The notes under the pieces are model-generated. The model saw only the letters and a list, made by a program, of their open reading frames with translations, had not been told where the DNA came from and did no database searches. A DNA stretch of 64,000 nt from an uncultured Methanosarcinales archaeon (lineage in GTDB: Archaea > Nanobdellota > Nanobdellia > Woesearchaeales > DSVV01). The DNA lies in contig CAYVNO010000004.1 of NCBI GenBank assembly GCA_964452935.1, positions 5,519-69,518 on the forward strand, given 5' to 3'. Both the position numbers and the translations under genes were made by a program. Positions 1 to 8,618 of the stretch are shown piece after piece (the first letter of the stretch is position 1; each line of letters begins with the position of its first letter).

Positions 1-221
1 GGTATTATTGTTATTCTTTCTCTTAAAATTGAAAGAACTTTTTCTATATCTTCTTCACCAATGTAAGACTTTTTTGCGATTATTTCTTTGTTATTTTCTA
101 ATTCTTCAAATAATAAAGATGGAGCAAATAATTCTATCCCTTCTTTAAAGAAAATATCAATAGGTTTGCCCGGTTTGATAAGCATAGCTATGATAATGTT
201 AGCATCTATTATGATATTCAT
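1..221 (-). CDS. PIN-domain (VapC-like) toxin, N-terminal part only; the gene runs off the left window edge
   Basis: Minus-strand translation from ATG at 219-221 gives MNIIIDANIIIAMLIKPGKPIDIFFKEGIELFAPSLLFEELENNKEIIAKK..., with the early acidic IIDAN motif typical of PIN. The start abuts the stop (222-224) of the upstream antitoxin-like ORF. Absent from the ORF track because no stop lies in the window. Confidence 0.6.
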   Translation of the reverse strand, partial: MNIIIDANIIIAMLIKPGKPIDIFFKEGIELFAPSLLFEELENNKEIIAKKSYIGEEDIEKVLSILRERITII

Positions 222-449
222 TTATTTTGCTCCTCGAAACTTCTTAGCCATGCTTTTGTTTATCTTTTCACTTATTTCGAGGGCGTCTTTGTTTGTTAAT
301 TTACTTTTTTTAGCAATCTTTTTTAAGAATTCCATCTGATTTATTCTCTCTTCAAATGCGTGTCTAGCTACTGCTGACCAATTCACTTCATCCATTGTTT
401 CCATTCTATCTTTTAGTTCATCTGGGACTGAAACCGACATTGTTGCCAT
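222..449 (-). CDS. Small antitoxin-like protein (RHH/CopG-like N-terminus) paired with the PIN gene
   Basis: Internal ATG at 449 (MATMSVSVPDELKDRMETMDEVNWSAVARHAFEERI...) is preceded by GGTGA (455-459, 5 nt spacer). The Cys-rich extension to 542 in the track looks spurious. The stop abuts the PIN start. Confidence 0.55.
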   Translation of the reverse strand: MATMSVSVPDELKDRMETMDEVNWSAVARHAFEERINQMEFLKKIAKKSKLTNKDALEISEKINKSMAKKFRGAK

Positions 450-691
450 ACCAATCACCTTGTTAATCTTATTGAAATTTCGACATAAATAATGGTATAA
501 TACTCCACATTCAGGTCGAAATTTTAATCCCAAAAAACACATTAATCCCCAATCTAAATATTGGGTATTTACTATGTGTTTTTTGTTGTTATAATTATTA
601 TAAATAATATTAATAATATATAAATGTTTTGGTTTACTTTGAGTGTTTCCACATTAATTTGAATTGATTTTATTGTGGGAGAGTTACTTAT

Positions 692-1333
692 CTAGAACCC
701 AAAGTGAGCTAGTAAACCTTTTGCAACATGTGATCCGTCGAAGAAACCTAGTGGGATCATGTTGAAGAAGAATAGGAACATGTTTATTCTTGATGTTAGA
801 TGTAAGATGGATGTATTTCTTTGTGAGAATTTACTTGTTTTTAGTAGAGCCCATGCTGAGATCCAGAGTATCAGATTTACTGCTGGTCCTGCGAATGCTA
901 TTCCTGCAGATTGTAAAGGTGTTGAGACAGCTGTGTGTGCAACATATGCTGGTACAAAGAAGATAAAACTAGAACCAATTAGTTTTAGTACAATACCCAA
1001 TCCCAACCACATGTAAGCTGCATGAAATGTTGCTGTTGCTCCGAATAGGATTGCAACAAATTTATGTCCGAATTCGTGCAGAATAATTGCAGGAGCTGTT
1101 ACAATGATTGCAAACTTCATGTTCTGCCAATCAAAGAATGTCTTTGTTTTTGATTTATAGTATTCAATTGGATCGAATGATTTTGAGACTCTAACGTGAG
1201 GTCTAAAGAAATCTTTGAATATGAAACCTAGAACTAATGTCATGATTAATATGTCTATAATTTCGAATGCAGTGAACATGATCTGTGTTTGGTGTTGGTT
1301 GTTTATATGCTTTTTGCTGTAGTTAGGCTCCAC
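692..1333 (-). CDS. M50-family (site-2-protease-like) membrane metalloprotease
   Basis: HExxH in a TM helix (ILHEFGHKFVA) plus the distal NMIPLGFFDG motif, and several hydrophobic helices. The start is either GTG at 1333 or ATG at 1279. Confidence 0.75.
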   Translation of the reverse strand: MEPNYSKKHINNQHQTQIMFTAFEIIDILIMTLVLGFIFKDFFRPHVRVSKSFDPIEYYKSKTKTFFDWQNMKFAIIVTAPAIILHEFGHKFVAILFGATATFHAAYMWLGLGIVLKLIGSSFIFFVPAYVAHTAVSTPLQSAGIAFAGPAVNLILWISAWALLKTSKFSQRNTSILHLTSRINMFLFFFNMIPLGFFDGSHVAKGLLAHFGF

Positions 1334-1431
1334 AATTTTGTGAAAATGTGGTTTTGTGGTGCCTATGCGGGTTAACTTTATAAAGACCCAATTATTCTCA
1401 AAAGCTTAATAACTATTTGGAGTTGATATAT

Positions 1432-1857
1432 ATGCCAGTGGCAGAAGGAAATACAGTAAAGGTCCATTATACAGGGACTTTAGAGGATGGAAGTGTCTTT
1501 GATTCAAGCGAAGGTAAAGAACCTTTAGAATTCAAAGTAGGAGAACACAAGGTAATCAAAGGCTTTGAACAAGCAATGATTGGAATGGAAAAAGATGAAG
1601 AAAAAACAGTTAATATTCCTAAAGAAGAAGCTTATGGTGAAAGACAAGAGCAACTTATGAAAGATCTTCCAAAAGCAACAGTTCCAGAAGGGATGGATAT
1701 TAAAGAAGGAATGATGATAGGTCTTCAAGGCAAAGATGGTCAAAAGATAATGGCAAGAATTGCTAAGATTGGAGAAGAAAATGTTACAATTGATCTTAAT
1801 CATCCATTAGCTGGAAAGAATTTAACATTTAAGTTGAAACTTGTTGATTTCAGCTAA
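1432..1857 (+). CDS. FKBP-type peptidyl-prolyl cis-trans isomerase (SlyD-like)
   Basis: VKVHYTGTLEDGSVFDSS and NHPLAGKNLTFKLKLV are classic FKBP/SlyD motifs. ATG at 1432 follows GGAG; the TTG at 1417 used by the track is less likely. A T-rich tract follows the stop. Confidence 0.85.
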   Translation: MPVAEGNTVKVHYTGTLEDGSVFDSSEGKEPLEFKVGEHKVIKGFEQAMIGMEKDEEKTVNIPKEEAYGERQEQLMKDLPKATVPEGMDIKEGMMIGLQGKDGQKIMARIAKIGEENVTIDLNHPLAGKNLTFKLKLVDFS

Positions 1858-1871
1858 TTTTTATTTTTTAT

Positions 1872-2387
1872 TTACGCTGGATGGTACTTATTAGAACTGT
1901 AGTGATCTCCTAACAACTCTTTGATCATTCTTTTTGCGGAGCTTGCTGCTTCTTCGAAGTCTTCTGTTGCTGTGCCATACTTTTGTAATGCATAGTCGTG
2001 CATTTCATTAATCTCATCATAGATTTCTCCGAGTTGTTGTGCGGAATATTCTGTTACTCCTGTGTCTGCAATGTCTGATATTCTTCCGTATAAATCTTTA
2101 ATATCTGTTTTTTCTTCATCCTTTGTTCCTTGGACTGTTTGTTCTATGTTCTCTTCTTGTGGCATTAAGTCTGTGATATCAATTCTGTCTTCAGGAGGTC
2201 TTTCTTTTTCTTTATTTACTTCAGATTGAGTCCATTCATTTTCAGAAGATTTCATCAGTTCTTGGGATTCTTTTAGAAGTCTTTCTGCTTTTTGCATTTC
2301 TCTTTTACTTGCTTCCTCTATCTCTTTTAATTTTTTTATTCTTTCTTTTGGAGGAAGTTTTGCTAATTCATCTTTATCGAAATTCAT
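1872..2387 (-). CDS. Acidic coiled-coil hypothetical protein
   Basis: 171 aa, Glu/Lys-rich heptad-like N-terminus with no recognisable motif. Its start abuts the stop of the upstream 519-aa ORF, indicating translational coupling. Confidence 0.5.
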   Translation of the reverse strand: MNFDKDELAKLPPKERIKKLKEIEEASKREMQKAERLLKESQELMKSSENEWTQSEVNKEKERPPEDRIDITDLMPQEENIEQTVQGTKDEEKTDIKDLYGRISDIADTGVTEYSAQQLGEIYDEINEMHDYALQKYGTATEDFEEAASSAKRMIKELLGDHYSSNKYHPA

Positions 2388-3947
2388 CTACCAGTGTACT
2401 ACTCCACATTTTTTCTTATATTCTTTATAAGTTTGGTACATTGTTTTCTTAACAACCCCTTTTGCTATCTTTGTTTCCATTTCTACTTCAAATTTAGAAG
2501 GTCCTTTTTCTTTTTTCTTTTTTGCACCGCTAACTCCAACTAATGCACCTGCCAATTCACCAATACCTTTAAACATAGCAACAAATGGTTCTGCTGCACT
2601 TGGTTTTTTTATTACCTTTTCTGCCTTTGGTTCTTGATATAAATTTATTTGTTCTCCTGCTTCTCTTAGGTATCCTTCTAATTCGTCCCCTAATGCCTCC
2701 ATCGCTGCTTTTACTGAGGCGTCTACTGATTCTAGAAGTCTAAAATCCTCTTGATCTTTCATAGTCAGATATTTCTTTACTTGTTTTTCAGTCCATGTGT
2801 AGCCTCTCAAAGTTAAATCAATTCTTCCTATGTGTATTGGTCCTTTTTGATATTCTTGATGATAATTCATTTGGGGAGATGTTCTGTAGGAGAAATGAGG
2901 TATCATAACACAGTAGACATGTTTATTATATTGTGTCTGTCTGTCAATTCTTCTAAATTGTGCAAGTTTCTTGCCTAGAATCTCAATCTCTATCATAGAT
3001 CCTTCAAATGCAGCTATTAAATCTGGAGATTCTGATTTATCTGCCATTTGTAATCTTTTTATATTTCTTAGATATGGTTTTACCCAGTTCATATACATCT
3101 TAATTATATCAAAATGTTGTCTTAGATATTTTAGTGTGAAGACTTTTCTATTCATTAACTCTTTGAATGTTGAAGTTTTCCATTCCATATATGTTCTTAG
3201 TTTTCTTTTCAATACTTCCTTAACTTTTCTATTGAATTCTAATTTATCTACTAATTCATCGACATCTCTTCCTGTTGCAGGATGAATGGAAAAGAATAAA
3301 TCAGGGAGAGTTGCAAATTGTAGCTCTCTAGACATACCATAGACAGATGCAGGATTTTTTGCACCTTGTTCAACCATATCAATCCATATTCCTTTTAGAG
3401 TTATTTCTGCACTCTCTCTACTCCTACTTTTTGGATCTAATGCGTCTTCATAATACCCCACTCTTTCATCAATGATTCTTAACTCTCTGACTAATTGGAA
3501 TAACTCTTTAACCATTTTTCCGATTGTTGCTAAGAATTGAGAAACCTTATCTTGTTGGAGTCCTAGACGTTGTTGTGCACTTCCAAAGAATGCAGAATGT
3601 TCTGAGGCTGCAAATAGATCAGTTATTTTTATTATGTCTACATAACCTTCGTGTTGTCTCATAAATTCTAAAACATAGAAATAATATTCCTCTATAGAGA
3701 GATTAAATACTTGGTAAACTAGTTTGTAACGGTGAACTGGTTTTGGAAATCCTGTGTGAGCCCACACTATCTGTCCTTTTACATCTCTTCCTGCTTCAAC
3801 TAGCTCGTTATCAGCATATTTAAGAAGTTGTGAGTCTGACATTGTTTTCACTGTCTGATGTAATTCATAGTTAGTCATTTTGCTGAATTTTTTTGCTCCT
3901 GCCGGGCTAAAATACCTATTTGCAACAAGGAGTTCGTTACTTACCAT
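2388..3947 (-). CDS. Large soluble hypothetical protein (519 aa), family not recognised
   Basis: Long uninterrupted ORF with host-like composition, no TM segments and no nucleotide-binding motif. Lys-rich C-terminal tail. Confidence 0.6.
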   Translation of the reverse strand: MVSNELLVANRYFSPAGAKKFSKMTNYELHQTVKTMSDSQLLKYADNELVEAGRDVKGQIVWAHTGFPKPVHRYKLVYQVFNLSIEEYYFYVLEFMRQHEGYVDIIKITDLFAASEHSAFFGSAQQRLGLQQDKVSQFLATIGKMVKELFQLVRELRIIDERVGYYEDALDPKSRSRESAEITLKGIWIDMVEQGAKNPASVYGMSRELQFATLPDLFFSIHPATGRDVDELVDKLEFNRKVKEVLKRKLRTYMEWKTSTFKELMNRKVFTLKYLRQHFDIIKMYMNWVKPYLRNIKRLQMADKSESPDLIAAFEGSMIEIEILGKKLAQFRRIDRQTQYNKHVYCVMIPHFSYRTSPQMNYHQEYQKGPIHIGRIDLTLRGYTWTEKQVKKYLTMKDQEDFRLLESVDASVKAAMEALGDELEGYLREAGEQINLYQEPKAEKVIKKPSAAEPFVAMFKGIGELAGALVGVSGAKKKKEKGPSKFEVEMETKIAKGVVKKTMYQTYKEYKKKCGVVHW

Positions 3948-3984
3948 ATTTTTATTACCTCACAATACATATGTATATCTTCAT

Positions 3985-4233
3985 TTAAATATTTTTGCTC
4001 AGTACAACAGTAAATCCTGTGTTTTGTACAACTGTTGAGTTAGTCTTTTTTGCTATTTCTACTGCAGCTTTTTTCCTATCATTGCTCTCTATAAATGATC
4101 TCAATAGTTTTATCTTTATCATTTTGTGTTTTTTTAGCTGCTTTATTATCTCTTTTTCTACGTCTTCTGTTAAACCATTTTTTCCAATTCTTACTAATGG
4201 TTTTAGTGATGTTGCTTTTGTTTTTATGTTCAT
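3985..4233 (-). CDS. YhbY/CRM-domain RNA-binding protein
   Basis: 82 aa; LKPLVRIGKNGLTEDVEKEIIKQLKKHKMIKIKL matches the CRS1/YhbY pattern (IGKxGLT ... ELIKVK). Confidence 0.8.
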   Translation of the reverse strand: MNIKTKATSLKPLVRIGKNGLTEDVEKEIIKQLKKHKMIKIKLLRSFIESNDRKKAAVEIAKKTNSTVVQNTGFTVVLSKNI

Positions 4234-4234
4234 T

Positions 4235-6019
4235 TTAAAAATCCCTCGGTTCGTGAAATGTTAAAGGAGATCTGTCATGACCTAACCCTTTTCTATGTTG
4301 TAATTCTTTTATGTGTTTGAATTTTGTTTTTATTAATCTTTGCAAGTTATCTGTAACATCTTCCAGTAATAAGGAAAAGTGTTCTCCCCCAAGGAAGTGT
4401 GGCAGAATAACATAGTCTGCACCTGCGTTGTATAATGTTAGTGCTTCATCTATGTGCATTGCTGTAACAATCACCATTGCGTTTTTGTTTTCTTTTTTTG
4501 TTCTTTTGATTAAGATTAATGAAGTTGTTTCATCAGGGGCTGTTGATATTACCATATTTACTTTTTTTAGATTTATTTCTCGTAGGACATCTGGACTTCC
4601 ACAATCCCCATAGATGCAGGATATCTTTCTTTTGATTAATTCCCTAATTATTTGTGGATTATAATCTATAACTAATATTTCTTTTTTTAGGTGTACTAAT
4701 TTTTTAAGAATACTGTACCCAGTTCTATCATAACCGCAGAGAAGAACATCTATTTCTTCTCTATCTGGCATGTATTCTAAATGGTTTCTTTTTTTAGTCA
4801 TGTTTTCGAATAATGTTAGATCTTTTGAGAATATGGAGAATAACTTTTTCTCGTATTTGATCATATAGCTTGTTGTTGAGATAGATATTACTGCTAATAG
4901 GATTGTTATTGAGAAGATTTCATTACTAATGTGATTTAGAGCTAGACCATGTGCTACAATTATTAATGAAAACTCGCTGATCTGTCCTAACGAGAGTCCT
5001 GTAGGGAATGCTACCTTTTTCTTGTAACCAAATATACTAGTTACAATGAATATAATTAATGGTTTTAGTATTAGGATGAATATTAAAAAGATAAATAAAG
5101 GTAGTAAAAGGTTTTCAAATCCTACAAAGGATAGCTGCATGCCTAGTGAGACAAAGAATAGAATAGCAAAGAAGTCTCTCAATGATTTTACTCTGCCAAT
5201 TATTTCAATACTATAATGTAAGTTACCAAGTATAACTCCTGCAATGAATGCTCCAATTGCGATTGAGAATCCTGTCCACTCGAAGAATAGTGCGAAAAGG
5301 AAACATACTGATAATGCTCCCATAAATAATAGTTCACGAGACTTTGCTGCAAATTTGAATATTTTTGGGAGCAGATATGTACTTATTGCTATTGATAATC
5401 CTATTACAACTGCTCCTTTTATGATTTGTAGGATGAATATTAGGATTGAGAATTTTCCTACAAAAGATAGTGCTAATAGGATGAATATTGCTAATACGTC
5501 TTGCATTAATAATATACCTATGACTATTCTTCCGTGTAGTGTGTCTAGTTCTCGTCTATCTGAGAATACTTTTAATACAACCATTGTGCTACTGAATACA
5601 AGGATTATTCCTAAGTATATAGCATGGATTTTTGAGTACCCTAAAAGAAGAGCTATTAAAAACCCCGCAGGGAATAATAACAACATTTGTATTACACCAC
5701 CCATTGAACTTACAAACTCAACATCTTTCAGTCTTTTGAAATCAATTTCTAATCCTACAATGAATAATAAGAATGCGATACCTATCTCTGATAATGTGAA
5801 GATTAAATCCTTGTTGCTGATTAAAGAAGATACTGCGTGAGTGTTTACTAATCCTTGGAAATTACCTGTTGATAATATATAAGTTAAAACTGGACCTAAA
5901 AGTAGTCCTGCTAAAACATATGCAGGAATCATTGGTTGCCTATATTTTTTTGCAATGAAAGCTATTGCAGTAGCTAAGATCATAATAATTCCAATGTTGA
6001 GGAATATTGTGTTTTGCAT
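4235..6019 (-). CDS. CPA2/Kef-type cation:proton antiporter with C-terminal RCK (TrkA-N) domain
   Basis: About 12 TM helices followed by a Rossmann-like VLLCGYDRTGYSILKKL ... VIDYNP segment. Confidence 0.8.
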   Translation of the reverse strand: MQNTIFLNIGIIMILATAIAFIAKKYRQPMIPAYVLAGLLLGPVLTYILSTGNFQGLVNTHAVSSLISNKDLIFTLSEIGIAFLLFIVGLEIDFKRLKDVEFVSSMGGVIQMLLLFPAGFLIALLLGYSKIHAIYLGIILVFSSTMVVLKVFSDRRELDTLHGRIVIGILLMQDVLAIFILLALSFVGKFSILIFILQIIKGAVVIGLSIAISTYLLPKIFKFAAKSRELLFMGALSVCFLFALFFEWTGFSIAIGAFIAGVILGNLHYSIEIIGRVKSLRDFFAILFFVSLGMQLSFVGFENLLLPLFIFLIFILILKPLIIFIVTSIFGYKKKVAFPTGLSLGQISEFSLIIVAHGLALNHISNEIFSITILLAVISISTTSYMIKYEKKLFSIFSKDLTLFENMTKKRNHLEYMPDREEIDVLLCGYDRTGYSILKKLVHLKKEILVIDYNPQIIRELIKRKISCIYGDCGSPDVLREINLKKVNMVISTAPDETTSLILIKRTKKENKNAMVIVTAMHIDEALTLYNAGADYVILPHFLGGEHFSLLLEDVTDNLQRLIKTKFKHIKELQHRKGLGHDRSPLTFHEPRDF

Positions 6020-7392
6020 TAGCTGTACCTCTTTATTAGTTTAGGAATGTATTTTGTTAAATCTGAAGCTGTAAATGATCTTCCAATATGTTTTTGTGCT
6101 TCTTCTCCTGCTAGACCATTAATGAAAGCTGCAGCACATGCTGAATTGAATAAATCATTACTTTGTGCAATAAAGCCTGCTGTTAAACCTGAGAGTACAT
6201 CTCCAGTACCAGCAATAGTCATTCTTGGTGTTCCAGTTGTATTTAGTTTAGTTTTATTTTTGTTTATAATTCTATCTGTTCTTCCTTTTAAAAGTATTGT
6301 TCCTGCTAGTTTCTTTTTATAACTTGATTTAGTTAATTTGCTGTTTTTTAAGAGTGTGTTGAATTCTTTATTATGTGGGGTGTAGACTGCGTTGGGTTTT
6401 AGAGTAGTTAGTTTAATTGCGTCTGCGTCTACTACTTTGGGTTTGTTTATTTTTAGTATTTGATTTACGAATTTCTTACTTTTTAATCCTAGACCAGGAC
6501 CTATTAATATGCAGTCAAAGTTCTTTGCTAGTTTTAGGATGCTTTTAGTGTGTTTATCTGTGAAATAGTCTCCTTTGTATTTTTTTGTTACAATATTTGG
6601 GTCTATGCAGTTAATTGCCCATGCAACTTTTTCAGGAGCAGCGATTGTTACCCAATCTGTACCTGTTTTGAGTGATGATATAGCTTTTGCAGCTAGTAAA
6701 GGGGCTCCTGTGTAGTCTTTTGATCCTCCGATGATTAGAACTTTTCCGTAATAACCTTTGTGAGCTGACTTCTTTATAGGTTTTAGTACTGCTTTTAGTT
6801 CTCCTGGTCCGACGTGAGTGTAAGCTTTTTTTGGGATTCCTATGTCAATGATTTTGTGTTTTTTTATTAACTCTTTTTTATCTATGAATGTTAGTGTTAT
6901 TTTTGGTTTTATGTAAACTTTGTTTCCTTTTTGTAGTCCTGAAGGGATATCGATGCTTACAATTGGTGTTTTTAGTTTGTTTAGTTTTTTTATTAAGGAG
7001 TTGTATGGTTCTTTTGGTTCCCCTTTTATTCCGTAGCCAAATAATGCGTCAATTATTACGTCATGTTGGTTTATTTTTTTAGTTGTTTTTATTTTTTTGA
7101 AATTTATTTTTGCTTCTGGCTTTAGTTTTGATTTTTTTCCTGCGAAATATACTGGACATTTTAGATATCTTGCTGCAACAAATCCATCCCCGCCGTTATT
7201 TCCGTGTCCTGCGATTACTATTGGATTTTTGTAGTGTTTCTTTATGTAGTTTGCTACAGCTTTGCCTGCATTTTCCATAAGGTTGAGTTTGGAGACTTTA
7301 AAATATTCTGAATTGTCTTCCAAAATTTTTATTTCTTTTATTGATATCATTTGTTTTTCTCGTATCCAATCAATGCTTTGGTATGTTTCCAT
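6019..7392 (-). CDS. nnr: Bifunctional NAD(P)H-hydrate repair enzyme (epimerase + ADP-dependent dehydratase)
   Basis: YjeF-N motif GHGNNGGDGFVAAR and C-terminal carbohydrate-kinase motif GTGDVLSG. Confidence 0.9.
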   Translation of the reverse strand: METYQSIDWIREKQMISIKEIKILEDNSEYFKVSKLNLMENAGKAVANYIKKHYKNPIVIAGHGNNGGDGFVAARYLKCPVYFAGKKSKLKPEAKINFKKIKTTKKINQHDVIIDALFGYGIKGEPKEPYNSLIKKLNKLKTPIVSIDIPSGLQKGNKVYIKPKITLTFIDKKELIKKHKIIDIGIPKKAYTHVGPGELKAVLKPIKKSAHKGYYGKVLIIGGSKDYTGAPLLAAKAISSLKTGTDWVTIAAPEKVAWAINCIDPNIVTKKYKGDYFTDKHTKSILKLAKNFDCILIGPGLGLKSKKFVNQILKINKPKVVDADAIKLTTLKPNAVYTPHNKEFNTLLKNSKLTKSSYKKKLAGTILLKGRTDRIINKNKTKLNTTGTPRMTIAGTGDVLSGLTAGFIAQSNDLFNSACAAAFINGLAGEEAQKHIGRSFTASDLTKYIPKLIKRYS

Positions 7393-7601
7393 ACTGCACT
7401 TTTTGAGTTAATATGGATAAGTATCATGTTCTTGTGTTTACGTTGTTGGATAATATTAAATTTAGTGAATAGTTGAACTGCTGAATGTACTTTTCCAGGA
7501 GAACAATGTAATCTAGCGGCAATATCTCTTATGCAAAGCTCTTCTTTAGAAACTAGTTCGAGGATTTGTATATTCTTTTTTGTGAATATCTCTGACAGCA
7601 T
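7347..7601 (-). CDS. Small winged-helix transcription regulator (ArsR/MarR-like)
   Basis: 84 aa; NIQILELVSKEELCIRDIAARLHCSPGKVHSAVQ is an HTH pattern. Overlaps the nnr start by 46 nt. Confidence 0.55.
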   Translation of the reverse strand: MLSEIFTKKNIQILELVSKEELCIRDIAARLHCSPGKVHSAVQLFTKFNIIQQRKHKNMILIHINSKSAVWKHTKALIGYEKNK

Positions 7602-7811
7602 AGGTTTATTTAATGTTCATTATTTATAAACTTTATGTTTTTTTGAAATGAATGAAATGTTTTTGTATTTTGAATATAGTGTTCAGTTAGAATGAATGAA
7701 TTATATATTGATTTATGTGTTAGTTGTTAATTTGTGAGTACTCTAGAATGGTTTGACTTTATGTATATTTGTTGAATAACTTTTTAAATTGGTGCTCATT
7801 ACCTTGTTTTT

Positions 7812-8591
7812 ATGGTATTAGAGCTAGTTTCGTTAGTGGTGGCGTTGAATGATGTAGCAACCAGAGTAGATGATGCACCTCCAGAGTATGATAATGCTGT
7901 GGTTTGTATGTTTCAAGATCAAGAATGGAGTGTTTATGGAGCTAAATTTGGGACTACAGGGATAAATTCAGATAGACTTTTGTTTGAATATTGGAGAAGA
8001 GACGGGACAGTAGTTAGGGTGTTGAGTACTGATTATGATGGAGATGGTGTTGATTCTGTTAGTGTTTCTATAGATGGGAGAGGTCTTGAGTTTATTGAGT
8101 TTAATAGAGGGACTGATTTTTTGAGTTATCAGTTAGATTTGGATAGAATAAACAGATATAGAGAAGTTAGAGTTCCTGTTGTTGATAATGGAATTGAAGA
8201 TAAGGAAGTGACAGAACATGATGGTTCAGAATTTTATGTTGGATTGTATTCTATGTTAGCAAGACCAGTTCATAGTAACAAGAAAGAGTCTTTATGTCCA
8301 GAAAGAGATTTAGAATTAGGTAGGATGAGAGTGATGATGGATGCTGTTGGAGAGGATGAAGTCTATATTGCAGAAGCTGATCCTTACAGATGTGAGAGAG
8401 TTGGTGGATTATATCCGGGGTACACAGGTAGGTTTGTTCAGGCAGATTATACATCAGCGAGTGCACTTTTTTTAATTCTTGATTCTGTTCATGAATCTGT
8501 TAGAGCAGGAAGAACGCCAGAAGAAGCTTTGGACATATTTAGAGATAGATTAGATGAGACAGTAGGTAGAGTCGTGAATGATTATTTCTGA
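7812..8591 (+). CDS. Lys-poor acidic orphan protein P1 (259 aa) with a DxDxDG-type loop
   Basis: Clean ORF. I count about 4 Lys against more than 20 Arg (AGA/AGG codons). DYDGDGVDS resembles a Ca-binding loop. No family recognised. Confidence 0.6.
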   Translation: MVLELVSLVVALNDVATRVDDAPPEYDNAVVCMFQDQEWSVYGAKFGTTGINSDRLLFEYWRRDGTVVRVLSTDYDGDGVDSVSVSIDGRGLEFIEFNRGTDFLSYQLDLDRINRYREVRVPVVDNGIEDKEVTEHDGSEFYVGLYSMLARPVHSNKKESLCPERDLELGRMRVMMDAVGEDEVYIAEADPYRCERVGGLYPGYTGRFVQADYTSASALFLILDSVHESVRAGRTPEEALDIFRDRLDETVGRVVNDYF

Positions 8592-8618
8592 TTTACTTTG
8601 TATAGTAAGAATAGTGAA

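Noticed and set aside
222-542. N-terminally extended versions of several track ORFs (222..542, 22639..23172, 23747..24817, 42508..43050, 45499..45861, 59015..59374, 60746..60991, 16851..17900, 56193..57413)
   Set aside because: Internal starts with a GGTGA/GGAGG-type ribosome-binding site or stop/start coupling fit better. The extensions are Cys/Phe-rich or overlap neighbouring genes.
548-565. Inverted repeat CCCAAT...ATTGGG as an operator of the PIN/antitoxin module
   Set aside because: It lies about 100 nt upstream of the preferred antitoxin start and beyond a nearer TATA-like box. The stem is only 6 bp in AT-rich sequence.
5244-5840. Long antisense ORFs inside confident genes (for example 5244..5840, 12338..12679, 21017..21490, 28170..28964, 55166..55708, 56824..57453, 53489..53926)
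   Set aside because: They are shadow ORFs on the strand opposite well-supported genes, which are common in AT-rich genomes. Their products are low-complexity Phe/Leu/Ser/Ile-rich sequences with no motifs.
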